From assembly GCA_966685145.1 (NCBI GenBank), contig CBKXXB010000001.1, positions 633-64,632 of the forward strand: a DNA stretch of 64,000 nt, written 5' to 3'. Under the pieces are notes generated by a model, which saw only the letters and a program-made list of their open reading frames with translations, made no database searches and was not told the DNA's origin. Position numbers and translations under genes: made by a program. Numbering within the stretch: position 1 is the first letter of the stretch; each line of letters begins with the position of its first letter. The DNA is from an uncultured bacterium. GTDB lineage: Bacteria > Patescibacteriota > Saccharimonadia > Saccharimonadales > OFTM59. This document shows, piece after piece, positions 9,925 through 19,704 of the stretch.

Positions 9925-11195
9925 CAGCGTATTCCCCCGCCACGTAGTACCAACGCTTCTGGAGCAATCATCTCATTATCCAGCTGCTTTAGTACTTGCC
10001 CCTCCAGTGTCTTCTGGCCGAGGTAACGAATAAATATCTCATTCCAAAGCGACTCCCTAAAATGATATACAGCCCGGTGTTCATAAGGCAGATTATTTAC
10101 ATAGCTGATTGCGATGTCCATTAAATTAAACGTAACCGGGCGGTCACCATACATCAACCCAACATAATCCAGGTCATACCAAAAATGTAGTGCCGGCTCC
10201 AAGCGATATAACGCTTCCTCTGCCTTGCGCCAGTGCAAATCCTCCGGCTGTACATGCGGCTCGAACATTTCCGGGTGGTACTCGTTTTCAAGCTTACCGA
10301 AGTAACGCTGAATAACCCGCCAGTGGATAGCTTGACCGGCCATAATGGCATGCTGACCAGGATCGGCTATAAGTGTTTCTACTAAGATAGCTCCGAAATT
10401 TGGTTTAACCTGCTGGAGTTTGAAATACGCACTGTAAAGGCGCAGCTCATTTAGGTAGTGCAGCAAAAGAGGGAGAGCAGTAATAGTGATTCCCTGCATG
10501 TGCTTAATAGGCATCGGCAGCATAACTATTACGCCCAATTCTTTTAAATGTGTTAGATTGTGGCGCTTCTTGTGTACAAATTCGTGAGTCAGATTTCCCC
10601 ACTTAGCCTTATCCATAAGTATAATATCAATGTCTCGGCTTTCGAAGTCGCTAGGTCGCAACCTCTTATATTTTTGCAAGAAATTATTAAGCCAAACGGG
10701 GTCTTCAGCAAATCGTAGACTAGCAAAGAGTTCGGCCACTGGCTCGCGCTTTATCATTGAGTCCACGGATTTATAACCTAAATGTTTCATAACCGTTTTA
10801 GGCGGCATGCTTTTTATTAGCCGGCGGGCTACGCTCGTCTTCAGTACCCAAACTTTCTTGGGCATGTGCAGCTCTTCGACCGTTTGCTTTATCTTCGGCA
10901 ATAGGTCTTGGACATCTGTGGGGTCAGTGCCTCCAATTTTTTTAGCCAAAAACTCATCGTGCTTTTTAACGAGAGCCAGTAAGGCTTGATAGAGTTCTTT
11001 TCCTGTCGTATCCTTCGGATCGAGCCCAAGCTCTCGCATCTTAAGGTGAGCTTTCCCGAGAATTTCAGCCGTGAGTCTGACATCTGTGCTTTGGTCACCG
11101 GTAGCTTGCTCTAGCTGTTTTAGAGCTATCCCAAACATCGGCTCAACCGCACCCAATAGCTCAGACAAATACTTCGACATAATTAGCACAAGCAT
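9924..11195 (-). CDS. Hypothetical protein (423 aa), no recognisable family
   Basis: Long ORF with uniform coding character and no motif I can assign. Its stop overlaps the upstream gene start. Confidence 0.5.
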   Translation of the reverse strand: MLVLIMSKYLSELLGAVEPMFGIALKQLEQATGDQSTDVRLTAEILGKAHLKMRELGLDPKDTTGKELYQALLALVKKHDEFLAKKIGGTDPTDVQDLLPKIKQTVEELHMPKKVWVLKTSVARRLIKSMPPKTVMKHLGYKSVDSMIKREPVAELFASLRFAEDPVWLNNFLQKYKRLRPSDFESRDIDIILMDKAKWGNLTHEFVHKKRHNLTHLKELGVIVMLPMPIKHMQGITITALPLLLHYLNELRLYSAYFKLQQVKPNFGAILVETLIADPGQHAIMAGQAIHWRVIQRYFGKLENEYHPEMFEPHVQPEDLHWRKAEEALYRLEPALHFWYDLDYVGLMYGDRPVTFNLMDIAISYVNNLPYEHRAVYHFRESLWNEIFIRYLGQKTLEGQVLKQLDNEMIAPEALVLRGGGIR

Positions 11196-11240
11196 AACAC
11201 TTCTGAAAGCTCTTCGTCCAGACGCTTAAGCTTGTTTTAC

Positions 11241-12242
11241 TTAGAAACGCTCGGGTTTATACCAGTCCGGCGCGCGTTGCAGCAATTCTTCGGTCTGCGC
11301 TTCTGTCAGAAGGCCGGCTTGGGCGCCGACATGTTGCACTACATTCATAGAATTAATAGGTGCTAACTGCAGGGCTCCTTCTACATTATTGCCTTTTATA
11401 AGAGCTGCCACAAAAGCCGAGGAGAAGGCATCACCCGCACCTGTACGCTCGTACGGAGGCGCTGGATCGGGGTATGGCGGCATTTTAAAGCGATTGGCCC
11501 CATCGCTCGCATAAGCGCCGCTCGGACCATCGGTAATAACCACCACTTGTGGGCCAAGCCCGTGCAGACGATTAAACAAGTCATGCAAATCGTCATAGTT
11601 ACCGCCGGAAACCATTACAGCTTCCTCGCGGTTTAGAAGTAACACATTAGTGCGTCGGTACAGAGCGCTTAGCCTCTCTACACCGGCTTCAAGCTGGTAT
11701 GTTCCTGGTTGAAAAGCGAACCGTACTTCGGGATGTTTTTCCAGCCAGTTCGTAACATAGTCATGGTACGTCTCCAGCGCATTTTTACTGATGGAGCTAA
11801 AGTAAATCCACTTCGGAACATCTTCTTTGTGAAAGCGCGGCCATTGATAATCATATTCTTCGTGCTTTATAAGAATCGTTCTCTCTTCTTTATACCAAAG
11901 CACATAGTGGAAATTACTGACTTTGCCCGTATTGATATGCACGAATCGAGTGTCGACTTTTGCTTTGTGTAACGCTTCTATAATGTCCCGGCCGTGCTTA
12001 TCACCGCCAACGTTTGATATGAGACCACTGTTAAGTCCCAGCTTGGCAAAGCTTACGGCAGCATTAGCTGCATTCCCGACCCCTTCTACAACCTCAGCAC
12101 GCTCAAAGGGTATCTTAGTAGCAAAGGGCATAGCCAACCACTGGCCCTGCTCGTTTTTATATGTCGTAGCCCTATCGTCTAGCAGTTTTATGAATGCATC
12201 CGTTACGACATCTCCGATACTCAGTACGTCAATCTGACTCAT
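11241..12242 (-). CDS. PfkB-family carbohydrate kinase (ribokinase-like; fructose/tagatose-6-P or sugar kinase)
   Basis: 333 aa. N-terminal GxVxxD start (IGDVVTD) and C-terminal GAGDAF anion-hole motif (TGAGDAFSSAFVAAL). Confidence 0.8.
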   Translation of the reverse strand: MSQIDVLSIGDVVTDAFIKLLDDRATTYKNEQGQWLAMPFATKIPFERAEVVEGVGNAANAAVSFAKLGLNSGLISNVGGDKHGRDIIEALHKAKVDTRFVHINTGKVSNFHYVLWYKEERTILIKHEEYDYQWPRFHKEDVPKWIYFSSISKNALETYHDYVTNWLEKHPEVRFAFQPGTYQLEAGVERLSALYRRTNVLLLNREEAVMVSGGNYDDLHDLFNRLHGLGPQVVVITDGPSGAYASDGANRFKMPPYPDPAPPYERTGAGDAFSSAFVAALIKGNNVEGALQLAPINSMNVVQHVGAQAGLLTEAQTEELLQRAPDWYKPERF

Positions 12243-12305
12243 CCCACCCCCATCATCTAAAATTGTTTGGAAAGTAACTTTTTATTAAGCCGGAAAACCA
12301 TAAGC

Positions 12306-13220
12306 CTAGTCTACCACAGCCTTACCGGCGGCGTTGAACATATCAATTTTCTCTTCCACGACTGTTTGTACCGCACCAATAACCTCGTCCATTAGCTTAA
12401 CGACGGCATACTCGTCCGGGTTCTCGTCCAACACTTGCTCAAGCTTCTTTCGATAAGCTACTCGCATATCAGAATTGATATTTACCTTGGAAACCCCGAC
12501 CTTCACAGCGTCAGTAAAGTAGTGGCCTGGCGTCCCACTGCCTCCATGCAGGCTTATATTGCAGTCAATTGCCGCACGTATTTCCTTAAGTAAATCTATA
12601 TCCAACTTCTTGGGCACAGGATATTTGCCGTGCAGATTGCCAATAGCCGCGGCATAAGTATCAATGCCAGTAGCTTCAACGAAAGCTCTTGCGCCTTCTG
12701 GCGTACTAAAGGTCTTCCTGATTTCTTCATAGTCAATTGCCTCGGTGTGAAGATTAGAAGATCCGCCGAAATAATGGGGTTCACTCTCTACCAGCGCGCC
12801 AGTCAAGCGGGCATAATCCACGACTTGCCTTGTTTCTGTAATAATCTCATCCAGAGAAGCATTGCGGCGAGCCTGGCTTATATCGATATGGATAAATTCA
12901 TAGCCAGCCTCTATGGCTTCAATTGCGGCGGCAATAGTCGGGCTATGGTCCAGGTTGATATACATTTCTATGCCGTACTCTTCCTTGTAGTTGTCGACCA
13001 TGTCGCGGACATTATCGATTCCTAGCGCCTCAACTTCACCTTGGCTTAACTCCACCATTACGGGTGCTTGTTTGGCTTTCGCTGCCCTGGACACGGCAAT
13101 CAAGGTTTCCTGGTTATCCAGATTAAAAGCACCAAGTGCAAAATGTTGTGCTCGCGCTCGTGCCATAGCACCTCGTGCCCTCTGGCAGTTCTCTCTTATT
13201 TGTCTAAGTGTTAATGACAT
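12306..13220 (-). CDS. fba: Class II fructose/tagatose-bisphosphate aldolase
   Basis: 304 aa. GAFN motif (ALGAFNLDN) and LHGGSG (ISLHGGSGTPG), characteristic of class II aldolases. Confidence 0.85.
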   Translation of the reverse strand: MSLTLRQIRENCQRARGAMARARAQHFALGAFNLDNQETLIAVSRAAKAKQAPVMVELSQGEVEALGIDNVRDMVDNYKEEYGIEMYINLDHSPTIAAAIEAIEAGYEFIHIDISQARRNASLDEIITETRQVVDYARLTGALVESEPHYFGGSSNLHTEAIDYEEIRKTFSTPEGARAFVEATGIDTYAAAIGNLHGKYPVPKKLDIDLLKEIRAAIDCNISLHGGSGTPGHYFTDAVKVGVSKVNINSDMRVAYRKKLEQVLDENPDEYAVVKLMDEVIGAVQTVVEEKIDMFNAAGKAVVD

Positions 13221-13230
13221 TGCCCCACCT

Positions 13231-14211
13231 TTACTTGTCTACCTTTTTCCCTAGCATTTCATGAGCCGCTAACGCTATGTGTTTGGCGGTTAAGCCGAAG
13301 TGCTCAAGGAGTTCGTCTGGTTTACCTGATTCACCAAATCGGTCATGCATACCCACGCGCTTTATCGGCACGGGGCATTCTTCACCGAGCAATTCGGATA
13401 TAGCACCACCGAGTCCGCCGTTTATCTGCGCTTCCTCAGCTGTTATCACATGTTTTGTCTTTTGAACGCTTTGCAGGATTTTTACCCTGTCCAACGGCTT
13501 TATCGTTGGCACATGCACTACTTCGGCGTCGATTCCATCCTTGAACAGCATTTCCGCAGCTACGAGCGCCTGATAGGTCATTGTCCCAGTAGCCACTAAT
13601 GTTATGTCGGTTCCATGAGCTAATATGTACGCTTTACCAAGCTCAAAAGGAGTTTGCGGCGTCGTAATAATCGGCGTCGCTTCACGCGCTAGTCGAAGGT
13701 AAGCTGGTCGCTTGTCCTGCGCAAGTGCAATGGTAGCCTTTTCCGCTTCGAGACTATCGGCCGGCGACACTACAACCATATTGGGCAAGACCCTCATAAG
13801 TGCTATATCTTCCAGCATTTGATGCGTTGCCCCATCCGGACCGACGGACACACCGGCATGTGAGCCAACGATCTTTACCGGCATGTCATTCAGGCAAATT
13901 GTAGTCCTGATTTGTTCCCAGTTACGCCCGGGACTAAAAGCTGCATAGCTGCTTACGAAAGGTATTTTGCCCATGGCCGCCAAACCTGACCCGACCGTAA
14001 CCAAGTTTTGCTCCGCCACTCCGATTTCTACGAATCTTTCTGGAAAAGCTTCTTTGAAAAGGTGCATTTGCGTTGACTCAGTCAGGTCTGCACAGGCAGC
14101 TACTACCTGCTCGTTTTGCTCACCTGCCGCTTTAAGCCCGCGGCCAAATCCTTTTCTAATAGGCTCTTTCTGGAGTTCCCCATTTATATCTACAAGATGT
14201 GAGCCGCTCAT
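13231..14211 (-). CDS. Transketolase, C-terminal subunit
   Basis: 326 aa. FVEIGVAEQNLVTVGSGLA and the Pyr plus C-terminal domains. It pairs with the upstream N-terminal subunit as a split transketolase. Confidence 0.85.
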   Translation of the reverse strand: MSGSHLVDINGELQKEPIRKGFGRGLKAAGEQNEQVVAACADLTESTQMHLFKEAFPERFVEIGVAEQNLVTVGSGLAAMGKIPFVSSYAAFSPGRNWEQIRTTICLNDMPVKIVGSHAGVSVGPDGATHQMLEDIALMRVLPNMVVVSPADSLEAEKATIALAQDKRPAYLRLAREATPIITTPQTPFELGKAYILAHGTDITLVATGTMTYQALVAAEMLFKDGIDAEVVHVPTIKPLDRVKILQSVQKTKHVITAEEAQINGGLGGAISELLGEECPVPIKRVGMHDRFGESGKPDELLEHFGLTAKHIALAAHEMLGKKVDK

Positions 14212-15062
14212 TCGTGCTCACTCCTTATCTTCCCCTTTAGTGTGCGTAGTTCTTTGAGAGCCTCTACAGCCTGATCATGATTAGGTGGCGCTCCGTGCCA
14301 ATGAAAGTCATACTCCATAAAGTCCACACCTTTTCCCGGTATGGTATGAGCAATAATCATAACTGGCTGTTCGACTATGGCGCGGCCCATGGCGCAGGCA
14401 TCAATGACAGCTTCTATATTGTTGCCGTCTATTTCAATGACATGCCAGCCGAAGGCTTCCCATTTGGCCCTTAGGTCTTCCAGAGGCATAACCGTCTCAG
14501 TCGGGCCGTCAATTTGAATATTGTTACGGTCAATTATCCCAATAATGTTATTCAGTTTATATTTTGAAGCAAGCATGGCAGCTTCCCAGACGTTACCTTC
14601 ATCAAGTTCACCATCTCCCAAAACTGTATAAATCCAGCGGTGATGGTCCTTATTCATGCGCATGGCAAGTGCCATACCGCATGCTTGACTCAAGCCGCAG
14701 CCAAGAGGACCGCTGGTATTCTCGAGGCCGGGTAGTTTTGTACGCTCGGGGTGCCCCTGCAAGCGAGATCCAAACTGCCTGAGGGTCATAAGCTCTTTTT
14801 TTTCAAAGTATCCAACGTGAGCCATAGTTACGTAACGGACAGGGGTACAGTGACCATTGCTGAGCAGCAAAATATCACGCTGGTCCCATTCAGGATGCTT
14901 TGGGTCGTGTTTTAAAATATCGAAATAAAGCGCTGCAAAAATGTCAGCTAGGCCCAAAGGGCCGGCACTGTGACCACTGCCGGCATGCTCAAGCATCCGG
15001 ATAATGTCTTGCCGGATATCATTTGCCTTTACATCAAGCTCTTCTAGTGTCAGTTTTTGCAT
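14208..15062 (-). CDS. Transketolase, N-terminal (TPP-binding) subunit
   Basis: 284 aa. GHSAGPLGLADI and GDGELDEGNVWEA (the TPP-binding GDG motif). Its stop overlaps the start of the C-terminal subunit. Confidence 0.85.
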   Translation of the reverse strand: MQKLTLEELDVKANDIRQDIIRMLEHAGSGHSAGPLGLADIFAALYFDILKHDPKHPEWDQRDILLLSNGHCTPVRYVTMAHVGYFEKKELMTLRQFGSRLQGHPERTKLPGLENTSGPLGCGLSQACGMALAMRMNKDHHRWIYTVLGDGELDEGNVWEAAMLASKYKLNNIIGIIDRNNIQIDGPTETVMPLEDLRAKWEAFGWHVIEIDGNNIEAVIDACAMGRAIVEQPVMIIAHTIPGKGVDFMEYDFHWHGAPPNHDQAVEALKELRTLKGKIRSEHE

Positions 15063-15706
15063 TATGTGGCTTTTCCCGCTATTGCTTCCAGTTTAGCATA
15101 AGCGAGAGCCGGATTGTCGCTTTGCTGTATGAAACCGCCAACATTCAATACGTCAACACCACCATCGACAAGTTTCGGTGCGTTTACGGCATTAATGCCG
15201 CCGTCCCAAGCCACTTCAACCTTGCTGTTCACTTTTTTTACTTCGTTGACCTTACTAAGCAAACCCAAATTGGCTTTACCGCCAAAATGCCCAAGGTCAC
15301 CTGAAAAAATCAAAACATGATCAATCCAATCCAAGGCAGGCGCTATAGTGCTGACAGGCGTGTCTTGAAGAAGCGAAACCCCGATTCTACTGCCGATCGC
15401 ATGCACAAAATTAGCAATGTGTTCGAAATTTCCCTTGGATTCCGCTTGGACAATTACAAGACCGGGCTTAAGCCGTACGATATGATCCAATGATAAGTCC
15501 GGCCGCATAAACATAAGATGGAGATCCCACTGTATCCTTCTATCTTCTGGAATCCATACCTCATCAAGTGCTATAGATTGATTTTGAGTAAACAAGCCGT
15601 CCATGAAGTCAAGGTGAATTCGTTTAGCAAACGGCACTATGCGCTCAATCTGCTCTCTGAAATGAGACTGATTCTCGGCTGTGACTGTCGGACAGATAAT
15701 TGCCAT
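15062..15706 (-). CDS. rpe: Ribulose-phosphate 3-epimerase
   Basis: 214 aa. HLDFMDG motif and C-terminal GGI/GG segments. Confidence 0.8.
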   Translation of the reverse strand: MAIICPTVTAENQSHFREQIERIVPFAKRIHLDFMDGLFTQNQSIALDEVWIPEDRRIQWDLHLMFMRPDLSLDHIVRLKPGLVIVQAESKGNFEHIANFVHAIGSRIGVSLLQDTPVSTIAPALDWIDHVLIFSGDLGHFGGKANLGLLSKVNEVKKVNSKVEVAWDGGINAVNAPKLVDGGVDVLNVGGFIQQSDNPALAYAKLEAIAGKAT

Positions 15707-15734
15707 ACCGGCTTAATTATAGCGTAAGCATTGC

Positions 15735-16631
15735 TTAGCGGGCAGCAGCAATTAAAGGTTCGAACATTGTCTTTGTTAAGTCCACCATGCGCTTCGTGCC
15801 CGCGTTACGGGTCAACAGGGTTACGGCCACTTGCCGGCCATTGGGCAATGTAACAATGCCTACGTCGTGGTACTCAACAAGCTCCCGAAAACCTACTTTA
15901 TCCATAACTTCCAGTTCAGGCAGGGCTACAGGCAAAACGTCACGGTAAATGTTCTCTTTCATCGACTTTAGAAATAGCTCGGTGTGGGCGTCATTCAAAT
16001 CCTTCCGTTCGTATAACCGGCGCAAAATTATATCAATATCTTGAGCTGTTGTAGTCAAACCCTCCATATTGGTATGGAGTAAACCCAGATCTTTCAGGCG
16101 CTCTGTAGACCTGGTTTTGCCCTGCTCCGCCCACAGCTTCTCAGCGCAGGGGCTATGAGATTCGCGGATCATTTTGTCCAAACAGTCTTTGCGGCTCCAG
16201 CTTCCTAGAAACGGCTGCTCAAGACTGTGCTTGCCGTTCTGAATATCAATGTAGCCCAGATATGCGACGTAGATTTTATATAAGCTGGCCGCAAAATACT
16301 CTCTGTCTACTTTGAAGGCTCCTAATTCTTGCCCCGTGGCCAAGTCGGTCACTACCACGCCGTAATCACCTTGGCTGCTGGTTATAAAGTCCTCGACAAC
16401 TTGCTGTACTGCCGGCAACGGCTCCGGTTCTGGCGATGCAGGCTGAGCTCGGTTTTGTTCATTTGCAACAGCTGCTTCGTTGCCATTTGATTGAGATGGA
16501 TTACCTTGACGGCTAAGTATAATAAATAGCCCAAAAGCTATGAGCAGCAAGCCAAGAATCAGCTTGAGGATGGATTGCTTACGTCGGACATTTGACTGGT
16601 TGCTGCCCGGCCGATAGCTATACACATGCAT
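15735..16631 (-). CDS. Membrane-anchored serine hydrolase, class A beta-lactamase/PBP-like
   Basis: 298 aa. N-terminal TM, a low-complexity Pro/Glu linker, and an SxxK motif (FAASLYK). It sits inside the pentose-phosphate gene cluster. Confidence 0.45.
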   Translation of the reverse strand: MHVYSYRPGSNQSNVRRKQSILKLILGLLLIAFGLFIILSRQGNPSQSNGNEAAVANEQNRAQPASPEPEPLPAVQQVVEDFITSSQGDYGVVVTDLATGQELGAFKVDREYFAASLYKIYVAYLGYIDIQNGKHSLEQPFLGSWSRKDCLDKMIRESHSPCAEKLWAEQGKTRSTERLKDLGLLHTNMEGLTTTAQDIDIILRRLYERKDLNDAHTELFLKSMKENIYRDVLPVALPELEVMDKVGFRELVEYHDVGIVTLPNGRQVAVTLLTRNAGTKRMVDLTKTMFEPLIAAAR

Positions 16632-16635
16632 ACAT

Positions 16636-17082
16636 CTAGTTTAACTCATCAATTGATTTTAGACGCCTCGTAAACCTGGCAGCTCCGGCAAACGGCGTTT
16701 TAAGCCATGTTTCAATAATTAAGTTTGCCTCATCTTTCTCAAGAATTCTAGCCGGCAAACAAGCAACGTTGCTATTATCGTCATTGCGGGACGACCGGGC
16801 AGATTCATAATCATAAAGTAACGCCGCGCGGACACCTTTAAACCGATTGGCCGCCATACACATGCCTTGTCCGCTACCACACAGTAATATGCCGCGTGGA
16901 TCAGGATCATCACTGGCAAGAAGTCGCGTAACGACCTTTTGTGCAAAAACCGGAAAGTCGTCGTTAGGATCTAAGCGCTTATCCCCCTCATCATCCACAT
17001 CATAGCCAGCTTTTTTCAGATACTTAACAAGTGCTTCGCGGAGATGAAAGCCATTATGATCAGCGCCAATATATATTTTCAT
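16636..17082 (-). CDS. rpiB: Ribose-5-phosphate isomerase B
   Basis: 148 aa. MKIYIGADHNGFHLRE and GILLCGSGQGMCMAANR are RpiB/LacAB hallmarks. Confidence 0.85.
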   Translation of the reverse strand: MKIYIGADHNGFHLREALVKYLKKAGYDVDDEGDKRLDPNDDFPVFAQKVVTRLLASDDPDPRGILLCGSGQGMCMAANRFKGVRAALLYDYESARSSRNDDNSNVACLPARILEKDEANLIIETWLKTPFAGAARFTRRLKSIDELN

Positions 17083-17097
17083 TGCACTCAGCCAGTA

Positions 17098-18114
17098 CTA
17101 TGTCTTATGCAACTGCTTGCCGACATCAGCGACAACTTCCACAAGACGGTTACTGTAGCCCCATTCATTGTCGTACCAGGCTACTACTTTAAGCATATTC
17201 TCACCAACCACCGCAGTTAGCTTGAGATCAACAATAGCAGAATGACTGTTGCCTATAAAATCGCTTGAAACCAGCTCTTCCTCGGTAACTTCAAGAATGC
17301 CTTGATAGTATGGCTCTTTAGCTGCTTTCTTGAAGGCTTCATTTACCTCTTCAACCGTAACAGAGCGCTTGGTAATAATTACGAAATCACTGAGAGAAAC
17401 TACAGGAGTCGGGACTCGAACCGACATGCCCCCGAAAATGCCTTGCAGAGCTGGCAGAGCCTGGCCGGCAGCAATAGACGCACCGGTGGTAGTAGGTACA
17501 ATATTCTCGGCCGCGTTTCTGGCTTCGCGTAAATCTTTGGCCGGCGCATCTTGCAGACGCTGGCTGGCCGTATAGCTGTGTACGGTTGTCATCATAGCCT
17601 TTTCAATGCCGAAATTGCTCTCAATAACCGCCGCTACTGGTGTTATACAGTTGGTAGTACATGAAGCGTTACTTATAATATTCTCGGCAGTTTCAAGCTG
17701 GTCTTCATTAACGCCCAAAACTATAGTAGTCGCTCCCTCACCTTTGGCTGGAGCCGAGATTACGACTTTCTTAGCCCCTGCATCAATGTGTGCCTTGGAT
17801 AGTTCTGGCTTTACAAAAAATCCAGTAGATTCAATGACCACATCCACTTCGTGTTTGTCCCAAGGCAAACTGGCTGGCTCTTTTTCAGCTATTACTGCCA
17901 CGTGCTTGCCATTTACAGTGATGCCCGCTTCATCGTAGCCAACTTCATGTTGATACGTACCGTAATTGCTGTCATGTTTTAGCAAATGAGCCAGAGTTTT
18001 TGTATCGGTAAGATCATTAATGGCCACAATCTCCATGTCTGATCTCTCAAACGCTACTTTGAATGCATTTCGTCCAATACGGCCAAATCCATTAATCGCC
18101 ACGCGCGTTTTCAT
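17098..18114 (-). CDS. gap: Glyceraldehyde-3-phosphate dehydrogenase (type I)
   Basis: 338 aa. INGFGRIGR NAD-binding start and the active-site ASCTTNC. Confidence 0.9.
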   Translation of the reverse strand: MKTRVAINGFGRIGRNAFKVAFERSDMEIVAINDLTDTKTLAHLLKHDSNYGTYQHEVGYDEAGITVNGKHVAVIAEKEPASLPWDKHEVDVVIESTGFFVKPELSKAHIDAGAKKVVISAPAKGEGATTIVLGVNEDQLETAENIISNASCTTNCITPVAAVIESNFGIEKAMMTTVHSYTASQRLQDAPAKDLREARNAAENIVPTTTGASIAAGQALPALQGIFGGMSVRVPTPVVSLSDFVIITKRSVTVEEVNEAFKKAAKEPYYQGILEVTEEELVSSDFIGNSHSAIVDLKLTAVVGENMLKVVAWYDNEWGYSNRLVEVVADVGKQLHKT

Positions 18115-18170
18115 ATTTGTCCCACTCCTCTATTTCTAAGCATTACCGTTATTGTATAGGCTTGAGTCGA

Positions 18171-18602
18171 TCAGCTCAATAGATTGTTGGTCCTAATGTA
18201 CTCAAGAAGCTTGATGTGAAGGTCATATTCCAGCTCATTAATTGCCTTCTCAAGTGGAGCCCATTGAAACTTATCGTGCTCAAAACTCAAAACTACGTCG
18301 CCTGACTTTGTTGAAGCTTTATAAAAAATAAATGTCACGCTATCAGTATGCCCTCCTTCATGATCTTTCCATGCTCTGACCTCAGTGGTAGCGTAGATAG
18401 GCAATAGATCGGTCACATCAAGCCCTGACTCTTCTTTCACCTCTCGCCGCACGCTCTGTGCCAAATCTTCTTTAAGCTCAAGCATGCCTCCTGGCAAATC
18501 CCACTGGAGAGGCCGACGCACATCAGTTTTGCTTCGTCGCAACAGTAATATGTTACCTTCGACATTTACTACCACTGCCTTTTGGACAACTATAGATCTC
18601 AT
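18171..18602 (-). CDS. NUDIX hydrolase
   Basis: 143 aa. Nudix box GGMLELKEDLAQSVRREVKEESGLDV. Confidence 0.8.
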   Translation of the reverse strand: MRSIVVQKAVVVNVEGNILLLRRSKTDVRRPLQWDLPGGMLELKEDLAQSVRREVKEESGLDVTDLLPIYATTEVRAWKDHEGGHTDSVTFIFYKASTKSGDVVLSFEHDKFQWAPLEKAINELEYDLHIKLLEYIRTNNLLS

Positions 18603-18642
18603 CGCGTGCTATTCCTTATTCCGGGCAATAATTTAACTACAC

Positions 18643-19119
18643 CTAGTTTGCTTGTTTGAATTGCTTGATGGACTGAACTACTTGTCCATCTTCCTTAAGA
18701 TTTTCTACGAACACTACTTTGTTTTTAAGGATATACATAAAATCTTCGGGGCCATGCAGCTCGTTACCAAGTTTTACAAGACTGATATCGTTACCGCTAG
18801 CTGTGTCAATGTTTATTTTGCCGTTTTCTCTTAGATAATAAACATCGGTCAGCGAAAAGTAACTGCCGCTTGTTTCAGTCAGCTTGCCAAAATAAACCTG
18901 TCCATTATCAAGAAAAACGGCTTGATAACCACCTTCCTTAATCTTATCTTGAATTTCTTTGGGTGCTTCTTGCTGCGTAGATTCGACAAGTTCACCCACC
19001 TGGGCCGAAATATCATCGTTACTTTTACTTAGTTTTTCTAAACTAATTACGCCGAATATAGTTGCAAGGGTTAACACAATGACGCCGGCAGCCAGTACTA
19101 TGGATACTATGCGATTCAT
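18643..19119 (-). CDS. Membrane-anchored hypothetical protein
   Basis: 158 aa. N-terminal TM, then a soluble domain with no assignable motif. Confidence 0.45.
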   Translation of the reverse strand: MNRIVSIVLAAGVIVLTLATIFGVISLEKLSKSNDDISAQVGELVESTQQEAPKEIQDKIKEGGYQAVFLDNGQVYFGKLTETSGSYFSLTDVYYLRENGKINIDTASGNDISLVKLGNELHGPEDFMYILKNKVVFVENLKEDGQVVQSIKQFKQAN

Positions 19120-19121
19120 GG

Positions 19122-19649
19122 TCAGCCTTTCTGTGCTTTAGCTATAGAATCTTCGATAACTTTTCGCGCTGCCTCGGCATCGCCCCATCCTTTGAGCTCG
19201 GCACTTACACCTTGCCAGTTTTTCTTCCAGTCTTTGTAGTGGCTATAGAAATGCTCAATATTCTTCTTAAATGCCTCACCCAAGTCACTAAGCGACTGTA
19301 TGTGATCTTTACTGATGTCATCAGCCGGAACACAAATGAGCTTCTCGTCCATTTCGCCATCATCCTCAAAATAGAGCACTCCGACAGCGCGTGCTGGCAC
19401 AACCACACCATGCGGCAATGGCTCATCAATAACCACCAAAGCATCCAGTGGATCACCATCATCACACAGAGTTTCAGGAATATAGCCGTAGTCAGCAGGG
19501 TAGCCGAGTAGTGTGCCGTTAACACGATCCAGGAATAAGCGGCCGGTCTTTTTGTCTACCTCTATCTTGTTTCTGCTGCCGCGCTGGATCTCAATAATTA
19601 CATTCACAACATTTGGCGCATCGTCGCCGTAGCTTACATCTGCTGACAT
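19122..19649 (-). CDS. ppa: Inorganic pyrophosphatase (family I)
   Basis: 175 aa. DGDPLDALV and other family I PPase signature segments. Confidence 0.9.
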   Translation of the reverse strand: MSADVSYGDDAPNVVNVIIEIQRGSRNKIEVDKKTGRLFLDRVNGTLLGYPADYGYIPETLCDDGDPLDALVVIDEPLPHGVVVPARAVGVLYFEDDGEMDEKLICVPADDISKDHIQSLSDLGEAFKKNIEHFYSHYKDWKKNWQGVSAELKGWGDAEAARKVIEDSIAKAQKG

Positions 19650-19704
19650 ATAGGCCTCCTTAGATTAACTAATATTGTACAGCAACACATCGCCGTAATT
19701 CAGC

